From Paraspadella gotoi (taxonomy: Eukaryota; Animalia; Chaetognatha), in the NCBI GenBank assembly GCA_051294375.1, contig CM119268.1:18430005-18494004 (forward strand): 64,000 nt of DNA, written 5' to 3'. Numbering within the stretch: position 1 is the stretch's first letter; each line of letters opens with the position of its first letter. Below the pieces are notes generated by a model. That model ran no database searches. It saw nothing but the letters and a program-made list of their open reading frames with translations, and was not told the DNA's origin. This document shows positions 55,073 through 64,000 of this stretch, in pieces. The position numbers were made by a program, and so were the translations under genes.

Positions 55073-58000
55073 CTAAGTAACTAAGTCCGTTGACCGTGAC
55101 AGTTTCGTAGCGCGAAATTTGGTGACGCGATTGGGTCCCAGTTCCCCGACGAAGACGACGCGTCCGTTCGGCGTGACGGCGACGTCGTGCGGGCGACGAC
55201 CGAATCCGCCGTCGCCGCGCGTCCACGAGTCGACGACCTTCGAACCGGAAATGGTCAGGCCTTTGGCTGGGGAACGCCGACTGGGACCTTGGAAAGGATT
55301 ATTAAAAGTAATGATAATCATAAAGTAAATAAATATATATTGCAATAAGATTTATTAAATGAATGGATAATTTTTATATTTGGGTTGTGTATACCAAATT
55401 TTATAAAATTCAGCTCCTTGTATTTTGATGCTAGTGCGGAGTACAATAAGTATTCCCCCGATCTAATACTTAAGGGAGTGGTCTTTTCAATACAATTGAA
55501 ACATTCTTTGAATATTATACCACTTCATTGATAGGGAAGCCAAGGTACTGTGGGAGTGAATAAAAGAGACTGTGAGAGAGTCTTGATTGAAAGCTTGCAG
55601 GGACCTCACAATGTTAATTTTGAAAAAGGGCCCAGGTTAACGCCCTGCTCCTTCCTCCGTCCGCCTATCTCGTACACAATGTTAATATTTTGAAAAAGGG
55701 CCTCCAGGTTAACGCCCTGCTCCTTCCTCCGTCCGCCTATCTCGTACACAATGTTATATTTTGAAAAAGGGCCTCCAGGTTAACGCCCTGCTCCTTCCTC
55801 CGTCCGCCTATCTCGTACACAATGTTATATTTTGAAAAAGGGCCTCCAGGTTAACGCCCCTGCTCCTTCCTCGTCCGCCTATCTCGTACACAATGTTTAT
55901 ATTTGAAAAAGGGCCTCCAGGTTAACGCCCTGCTCCTTCCTCCGTCCGCCTATCTCGTACACAATGTTATATTTGAAAAAGGGCCTCCAGGTTAACGCCC
56001 TGCTCCTTCCTCGTCCGCCTATCTGTACACAATGTTATATTTTGAAAAAGGGCCTCCAGGTTTAACGCCCTGCTCCTTCCTCCGTCCGCCTATCTCGTAC
56101 ACAATGTATATTTTGAAAAAGGGCCTCCAGGTTAACGCCCTGCTCCTTCCTCCGTCCGCCTATCTCGTACACAAGTTATATTTTGAAAAAGGGCCTCCAG
56201 GTTAACGCCCTGCTCCTTCCTCCGTCCGCCTATCTCGTACACAATGTTATATTTTGAAAAAAGGGGCCTCCAGGTTAACGCCCTGCTCCTTCCTCCGTCC
56301 GCCTATCTCGTACACAAATGTTATATTTTTGAAAAAGGCCTCCAGGTTAACGCCCTGCTCCTTCCTCCGTCCGCCTATCTCGTACACAATGTTATATTTT
56401 GAAAAAGGGCCTCCAGGTTAACGCCCTGCTCCTTCCTCCGTCCGCCTATCTCGTACACAATGTTATATTTGAAAAAGGGCCTCCAGGTTAACGCCCTGCT
56501 CCTTCCTCCGTCCGCCTATCTCGTACACAATGTTATATTTTGAAAAAGGGCCTCCAGGTTAACGCCCTGCTCCTTCCTCCGTCCGCCTATCTCGTACACA
56601 ATGTTATATTTTGAAAAAGGGCCTCAAGGTTAACGCCCTGCTTCTCCTCCGTCCGCTATCTCGTACACCAATGTTATATTTTGAAAAAGGGCCTCCAGGT
56701 AACGCCCTGCTCCTTCCTCTCGTCCGCCTATCTCGTACACAAGTTATATTTTGAAAAAGGGCCTCCAGGTTAACGCCCTGCTCTTCCTCCGTCCGCCTAT
56801 CTCGTACACAATGTTATATTTTGAAAAAGGGCCTCCAGGTTAACGCCCTGCTCCTTCCTCCGTCCGCCTATCTCGTACACAATGTTATATTTTGAAAAAG
56901 GGCCTCCAGGTTAACGCCCTGCTCCTTCCCTCCGTCCGCCTATCTCGTACACAATGTTATATTTTGAAAAAGGGCCTCCAGGTTAACGCCCTGCTCCTTC
57001 CTCCGTCCGCCTAATCTCGTACACAATGTTATATTTTGAAAAAGGGCCTCCAGGTTAACGCCTGCTCCTTCCTACGTCCGCCTATCTCGTACACAATGTT
57101 ATATTTTGAAAAAGGGCTCCAGGTTAACGCCCTGCTCCTTCCTCCGTCCGCCTATCTCGTACACAAAATGTTATATTTTGAAAAAGGGCCTCCAGGTTAA
57201 CGCCCTGCTCTTCTCCGTCCGCCTATCTCGTACACAATGTTATATTTTGAAAAAGGGCCTCCAGGTTAACGCCCTGCTCCTTCCTCCGTCCGCCATCTCG
57301 TACACAATGTTAATTTTTGAAAAAGGGCTCCAGGTTAACGCCCCTGCTCCTTCCTCCGTCCGCCTATCTCGTACACAATGTTATATTTTTGAAAAAGGGC
57401 CTCCAGGTTAACGCCTCGCTCCTTCCTTCCCGTCCGCCTATCTCGTACACAATGTTATATTTTGAAAAAGGGCCTCCAGTTTAACGCCCTGCTCCTTCCT
57501 CCGTCCGCCTATCTCGTACACAATGTTATATTTTGAAAAAGGGCCTCCAGGTTAACGCCCTGCTCCTTCCTCCGTCCGCCTATCTCGTACACAATGTTAT
57601 ATTTTGAAAAAGGGCCTCCAGGTTAACGCCCTGCTCCTTCCTCCGTCCGCCTATCTCGTACACAATGTTATATTTTGAAAAAGGGCCTCAGGTTAACGCC
57701 CTGCTCCTTCCTCCGTCCGCCTATCTCGTACACAATGTTATATTTTGAAAAAGGGCCTCCAGGTTAACGCCCTGCTCCTTCCTCCGTCCGCCTATCTCGT
57801 ACACAATGTTAATATTTTGAAAAAGGGCCTCCAGGTTAACGCCCTGCTCCTTCCTCCGTCCGCCTATCTCGTACACAATGTTATATTTTGAAAAAGGGCC
57901 TCCAGGTTAACGCCCTGCTCCTTCCTTGTCCGTCCGCCTATCTCGTACACAATGTTATATTTTGAAAAAGGGCCTCCAGGTTAACGCCCTGCTCCTTCCT

Positions 58001-59497
58001 CCGTCCGCCTATCTCGTACACAATTTATTATATTTTGAAAAAGGCCCTCCAGGTTAACGCCCTGCTCCTTCCTCCGTCCGCCTATCTCGTACACAATGTT
58101 ATATTTTGAAAAAGGGCCTCCAGGTTAACGCCCTGCTCCTTCCTCCGTCCGCCTATCTCGTACACAATGTTATATTTTGAAAAAGGGCCTCCAGGTTAAC
58201 GCCCCTGCTCCTTCCTCCGTCCGCCTATCTCGTACACAATGTTATATTTTGAAAAAGGGCCTCCAGGTTAACGCCCTGCTCCTTCCTCCGTCCGCCTATC
58301 TCTATCGTCCTGTTTCATCCCTTAATTTTCTTGCAATGGTTATGGATCGCGGCAACATCCCACCCACCTCCATTTGGTATCACCAATTTACTAATTAACC
58401 TATACTCGAGAAAATATTTCTAAATCTTTTAACTTTTTTAGTTTGAATAATAATAATATCAATTGTTTTATAAAATTATTAAAATTTATATCATTCAGAC
58501 ATACACTTTTGTATTGTTCTTTTAAGGCAAAATTCTTGTTTTGCTATTAAATCTTTTATTCAAATCTATTTTTAAGAAATAGGTTATTAAAGCTACAATA
58601 TGCAAATAAGACTCGATACTATGAAATCCTTGCTCCTTGTTCAAAACCTGTTCATTCCGACGGCCGACACCTCAAACGCGGCGACCCCGCAGGCATAGAA
58701 AATACACAAGATTTTTTAAGATATTGCAAAGATCTTACTTTGTCTTCACGCCCGTGGAGACGAGCTTTTGTGATTTCACGGCGGTCAAACTGCTTAACGT
58801 GAGCTTCCAAGAGAAAACGTCGCGAATAGAAGAATGAGACTTTTATTGAAAACAACAAAAAATTTCTTCAGAAACTCGTAAATACGGAGTTTCTTCCCGG
58901 CGAAATAGTATTGTGAGATTTCATGCAAAACTAATTTCGATCGAAATCTCTCTCAGCCCGCGAAGATACGACCATAAAATGGATTGGCCTGAAGTGGTCA
59001 AATGAGCTTAAGCGAGGCAAAGAATATCTTTAACAGACATTTCGAGTCTTCATTAGCATGATGAAGACTCGAAACAGAGTCGAAACATGTCCGTTAATCC
59101 ATTATATCGTTGTTTGTTGAAATAATAAACTTTGCTTTGAAAAAAATTCCAAAACGCAACGAAAAAGAAAGGAAATTACATAACTATTACTTATTTTAAA
59201 AGATAAGAGACAGACCAAAAAAAAGACGCCGGCGTCGGCCTGACCGGAAAGAGAGAGAAAGAGAAAGAAAAAGAGAGAGTGAGAGAGAAAGAGAAAGAAA
59301 AAGAAAGAGAGAGAGAGAAGAGAGAGAAACAGAGAGAGAGAAAAGAAAAAGAGAGAGAGAGACAGAGACAGAGAGAGAGAAAGAGAGAGAGATAAAAAGA
59401 AAGAGAAAGAAAAAAAGAGAAAGAAAAAGAGAGAGAGAAAGAAAAAAAAAAGAGAGAGAGAAAGAAAAAGAGAGAGAGAGATAAAAAGAAAGAGAAG

Positions 59498-59536
<39 letters not shown>

Positions 59537-62500
59537 AAAAAACAATCAGACACAAAGTGTTGTCATAGTGTACGATAAGAAAGACGACAATGACAACGAA
59601 GACTATGAAAATGATAACATTGAGGACAATGTGGAAGAAGAAAAAAAAAAAGAAGTTGATAAAGCAGAAGACATTGAAGAAGACGAAGAAAAAGATCATG
59701 ACGACGAAGACAATAAAAAAGAGGAAAAGAAAAGGACAATATGTGGCGGTAATTCAACCCGCCTCACATCCACCATTTTCAGCCAATACCATTGTCCCAG
59801 GCGTTGTGTTCCATCCACAGTCTGTATGACTTCCCCTCGTTGGCAAAGCGAGACCGTCCTAGGGTAACCGTGCCAGTGACTGGAAGCGTCACTGAGGGTC
59901 GTAAGCCCCCAAAGCCAACAGTGAGAATCCCCATCCCAATGGGCATCACAGGCAACCAGGCTGTTGCCATAAGTGATAGAAACGATACTAATTGAGTCGG
60001 TGCAGGCAGGTTAGATTCCGCCTGTTTATATTTTGAATTTCGGGTTTCTGATGAGTTTACTGGTTGGGCTTGTTACATCATTAAAACTGTAAACACAAAA
60101 ATTTGCTTCAACCCTACATCAATGTAATCTCGGGAAAGCTGTTAAACCTAAATACCTTTCCTTTTAAAAAGAAACCTGTGTAAACGAATTCATCAAAGTC
60201 AAAGTAGGAAAAAAATGAAAATCCTAGTTCTTTCTTTGTTATTTCTTCGGTTTGAGTAGTTCATTGGCAAAGCTTGTTTCTCCTTAAAAAACTCAAAATC
60301 GCTAAAATCCGCAATAACCTGATATTACTGAACCTTATGTGACCTGTTCAATCTGTCAATGATACTAAGTTTGGATAAACCTGGGTAAACGAATATAAGA
60401 AAGTTGGCAAAGAAAAATATGAAAACCTAGTTTTTCTTTGTTATTTTCGATATTGACTTGTTAACTGGTAAGATATATTTCTTTCTTAAAACTCAAAACC
60501 GCTAAAATCCGCTACAGACCGTAAAAGCCTAAACCTATTACTAACTAATAAAAGTGTTTTTAAGTTTTAAATATGATAAACCTGAGTAAACGAGTAACTA
60601 CAAGAAAAAAATCAATTTCAAGAAAGTGGTTAATTTCTTATATAATTTGAATCCATTTCATAATTAGTACCTCATTGGAAAAATCTATTTCTCTCTTAAT
60701 TTTAAGAATCGCTATTTATCGCATTAAATGTGGATCAAGGAAACCTTTTTTGACCTATTGAAACCATAGATATTGTCAGATGTGATAAACCTGGTTAAAC
60801 GAGTGACCTATAGTAAAAAAAATTGTTTTTTGCAAATTTTTTAAAGGAAAAATATGAGGACTAAGTTAAGGAAAAAATTTATTACTAACGTAGAAAAAAA
60901 GATGAGCATTTGAGTTTTGGATATAAAAAGGTGAGACGACGAGCTTTCTAACGCCATATCATTTAATGCAATTGACAATGATATGACAAAATGACAGTAG
61001 AATAAAGAAATTTTAATTTATATTTAGAGAAGTAAAAGATAGGTCGAAAGATAAGAGAGAAAGGTTACGAATTTTAGGAATCTTTTCTGGTCAAAATCCC
61101 GCAAGACCATTCACTTGTCATTAAAACTATCGAAATCGAATTCGGTGACATGACCTTTTTCGCTCCCTTCTGAAATTTTTATTTTTCCTGGAGGCATGTA
61201 TCACCGTGGACCTGCTATGTCATATCTTGTAAGAGTGATGGAGGCCTTAAACCACCAAAGCCTGTCCAAAGTCAGGGGCAAGATAGCTTATTTATTAAAT
61301 GAATGGATAATTTTTATATTGGTTGTACCAATTTTATAAAATTCAGCTCATTGTATTTTGAATGCTAGTGCGGAGTACAATAAGTATTCCCGCGATCTAA
61401 TACTTAAGGAAGTGGTCTTTCATACAATTGAAACATTCTTTGAATATTATACCACTTCATTGATAGGGAAGCCAGGTACTGTGGGAGTGAATAAACGAGA
61501 CTGTGAGAGAGTCTTGATTGAAAGCTTGCAGGGACCTGCTATGTCATTATCTGTAAGAGTGATGGAGGCCTTAAACCACCAAAGCCTGTCCAAAGTCAGG
61601 GGCAAGATAGCTTATTTATTAAATGAATGGATAATTTTTATATTGGTTGTACCAATTTTATTTAAAAAGAAAAACGGAGTTAGGAGAAAGAACGTGAGGG
61701 TGATTAAAAATGGTACCTTTAACGAGGTAGAGACATTTGTTTTTCTCCGAGAATTCGATGGCAAAAATTTCTCCATCGTTTTCTTCGGCGTCGATGATTC
61801 GATCGAAGACGCCGGAAGCCGCGTCGAAGATTTGAACGACGCCGCGAAGACGATCCGCCACGTAAAGAACACCTTTTTGGACGGGGAGGATGTTGGAGAG
61901 GGAGTAGGAGTTGGCGGTCGGAGTGTGAATAGGGAGGTCGGAGTGTTGGAGAGGGAGTTGTATTATTGGTTTGGAGTGTTGTTGAGCAGGAGGTCGGAGT
62001 GGGTGGGGTTAAGGTTGGAGTTCTCAAAATTAGGATCGAAATCCGTTTGTGTCAAGAAATCATCCGAGTTGTTGAGAGAGTTGTTTCGACTTTTTTCCTA
62101 GACTGACTCGACTCACTCGACCCACTCGACCCAACCGACCCAACCGACTCACTCGACTCACTCGACACACTCGACACATTAGACACACTAGACACACTCG
62201 ACTCCTTTACCTTGGTCTTGATCGAGAGTCAAACTGTGAGGCAGTGTGAGGGGCAAGAGGCTCGAGATCCTCCACAGCAGCGTGCCGTCGGGGGCGAAAA
62301 GAGCCACTCGGGGTTCGCAGCCCGCGTCGGCGACGAAGAAGGATCCGTCCCGGCGAACGGCGATGTCGCTCGGCCGACAAAAGTGCGTCGCGTCGGCGCC
62401 GGGAACGAACCGCTCACCAAGACTCAATTCGGCCGACAAAGTGGAGAGAGCGTTGTCGTTGTTGTCGTTGTCGTCGTCGTTTCCGATGTCGGACAACGAA

Positions 62501-63635
62501 GCGAATTTGAAAACCTGTAAATAATGTACGAAGGAATATTAAATAATATAAAATTAGTGATTTTAATTCGCAAAAGGGTTGGTTAGAAAATGAACGTCGT
62601 TTTTGGATACATCTTAGTATAGACATTCGAAAAAACAAGTTTCAACTATGGCCAACAAGAATATTTAGCTACGATGATGATATCATTTAAGGTAATACTG
62701 AATCATATAAAAGGTAAAATACAAGTTTGTATGTATATAATGTATATAATATTTATATATAAACCCTTACCTGATGGGCGCCGGCGTCGGTCATCCAAAC
62801 GGCGCCCGTAGAGTCGATGGTGAGGCCGTGAGGAATGTAAAACATGTTGGCGCCCATCTCTTGAGTCACATGACCCGATTTCGTGCTGAGAGGAGAGAAA
62901 GATAAGAATGAACAAATATAGTAGGCAAAGATACAAACAATGCAAAAATCAGAATAATATAATAAAAATAATATAATTTATTATTTTCCTTATAATCTTA
63001 AGCTCACATTTCGTATATAGCCCAAATATTTGAATTAAAAAGATTCTTATATGGTTACATCGCTTTCTATTTATCTTAGTTATAACCCATGGATAATAAT
63101 AGTAATTGCGGGGTTAAAAAAATAATATTTACTCGATGACATATAAAGTGTTCTCCCGAATCGGAGTCCGAAATTCTTCCCATAATCGATTTTCGTCGTC
63201 AAAAGGAAAAACGCGATCTTCTCTCGATCCCCAGTGGAAGACGAGCAAAGCCTCATTGGAGATGGCAGCGAGGCCGCTCACGTGACCCAGGCCGGAGACC
63301 TAACGTTGTTGTTTTATATTGTGGTTAAATATAGGTAATTGTAATTGCAATTATATTAATGATAACTATTTCGCTGATTTTGATAGTTTTGAATTGTCAA
63401 CAGATTAGTACAAAAGCGTTAAGAACATTAGATTAAAAGGCGGCAGAAATTTTTTTTTCTTTTTCGATGCCTTGATTTTTGGTTATTCATTTTGTTAGTT
63501 TTATTGTTTGTTTGTTACTTTGTTACTTACCTTGAATCGAGGATCGTAAGACATTTTTGACTCGGAATCGAATATGAAAAGAATGTATATCACGAAAATG
63601 GATTTCGCTTTCAATTTGCTCCACAAAAATGGCAT
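55073..63635 (-). CDS. PAL: Monofunctional peptidyl-alpha-hydroxyglycine alpha-amidating lyase (PAL)-like NHL beta-propeller, 6 exons, 353 aa
   Basis: Exons 63635-63531, 63299-63133, 62885-62771, 62514-62211, 61872-61717, 55287-55073; GT-AG and in phase (1062 nt). Motifs: LGHVSG, LVFHWG, FYIPHGLTID, WMTDAGAHQVFK, HFCRPSDIAV, LPHSL, LYVADR, RPHDVAV, VGELGPNRVTKF. Hydrophobic N-terminus; no PHM domain and no C-terminal transmembrane segment. Confidence 0.9.
55607..58302 (+). repeat. Tandem array of about 38 x 71-bp units, each a copy of the transposon left end
   Basis: Unit cacaatgttatattttgaaaaagggcctccaggttaacgccctgctccttcctccgtccgcctatctcgta; near-identical copies with no spacers. Confidence 0.97.
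60120..60830 (+). repeat. Diverged tandem repeat, about 4 units of about 205 bp, inside the transposon
   Basis: 'aaacctg.gtaaacga.t'-like motif at about 60172, 60377, 60578 and 60787; 'aaactcaaaa.cgctaaaatccgc' at about 60290 and 60490. Confidence 0.7.
61209..61660 (+). repeat. About 325-bp tandem host repeat in PAL intron 5 (left part at 55345-55606), the target of the transposon
   Basis: 'cctgctatgtcat..tgtaagagtgatggaggcc' at 61211 and 61535; 55350-55606 matches about 61290-61537. Confidence 0.9.
62101..62203 (+). repeat. Short intronic minisatellite (gac[t/c/a]cactc-type units)
   Basis: Read directly, in PAL intron 4. Confidence 0.7.
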
Positions 63636-64000
63636 AATTTATTTATTCTGGATAGAGAAAGAAATCATGAGTTAACGTTTTCGTTAGGTTAAGCCATAAT
63701 AGCAACATCTTGAGGCGTCAAAAGAAATGTAAAAATGCAAATAGATGAAATTGAATTGAAGTGTTTTAACGTGATGTTCAAGTAAGTATTTCTTTACATC
63801 ATTACAACATTTTTTTTAATTTAAAAACTTCTTTCAAAGTTGATCAAAAACATTTTTTTTCTCGTTTCAACAGCGATATATTTATTTATTAAAAGGACAT
63901 GTTTCGGTTATGTTTTTAAAAGTTATAAATATCAGTTTGATAAAGATTACTATTTGAAAAGAATTGCAGCGTACAACGAAAAGAAGGAATAGAGTCATTG

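Larger units (their letters stand above)
55607..61208. mobile_element. Non-autonomous Transib/RAG-like DNA transposon, 5602 bp, 5-bp TSD GACCT
   Basis: GACCT at 55602-55606 and 61209-61213. Left end CACAATG; right end (reverse complement) CACGGTG; both followed by GCCTCCAGG. An uninterrupted host repeat, 'aaagcttgcagggacctgctatgtc' at 61521-61545, has a single GACCT. No transposase ORF seen. Confidence 0.82.

Noticed and set aside
55607-58302. CRISPR array
   Set aside because: Units are contiguous and near-identical with no unique spacers; the context is a eukaryotic intron and there are no cas genes.
61358-62101. Longest ORF in the track (247 aa, +)
   Set aside because: It runs through the 325-bp repeat and antisense to PAL exon 5; no recognisable motifs.

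Overview
Eukaryotic, most likely invertebrate animal, genomic DNA: AT-rich, full of (GA/TC)n microsatellites, with GT-AG spliceosomal introns, five N-gaps and many uncorrected indels. Most of the ORF track is microsatellite or antisense noise. Hand-splicing gives five coherent genes: an ornithine-decarboxylase-family PLP enzyme (16967-19555 +) lacking the catalytic Cys and both substrate-binding Asp; a two-exon prepropeptide for two Gly/His/Arg-rich peptides ending in RY-G-R and RF-G-R amidation signals (42728-43957 +); a divergent GSK3-family kinase (about 45970-49240 +); a five-exon secreted protein of unknown family (53457-54944 +); and a stand-alone PAL (amidating lyase)-like gene (63635-55073 -) lacking the catalytic Tyr. 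A damaged multi-exon gene with DH-like motifs lies at about 0.9-7.6 kb (-). The most striking non-coding feature is a 5.6-kb non-autonomous insertion in PAL intron 5 (55607-61208). It has a 5-bp TSD, confirmed against an empty site in the window, and Transib/RAG-type CAC heptamer ends. Its heptamer-to-GCCTCCAGG spacers are 17 and 6 bp, an 11-bp difference as in the 12/23 rule, and its left end is amplified into about 38 head-to-tail 71-bp copies. About 45% of the window lies in four large fold-back inverted repeats, probably amplification or long-read chimeras. All family assignments are by eye from remembered motifs; no searches were run.
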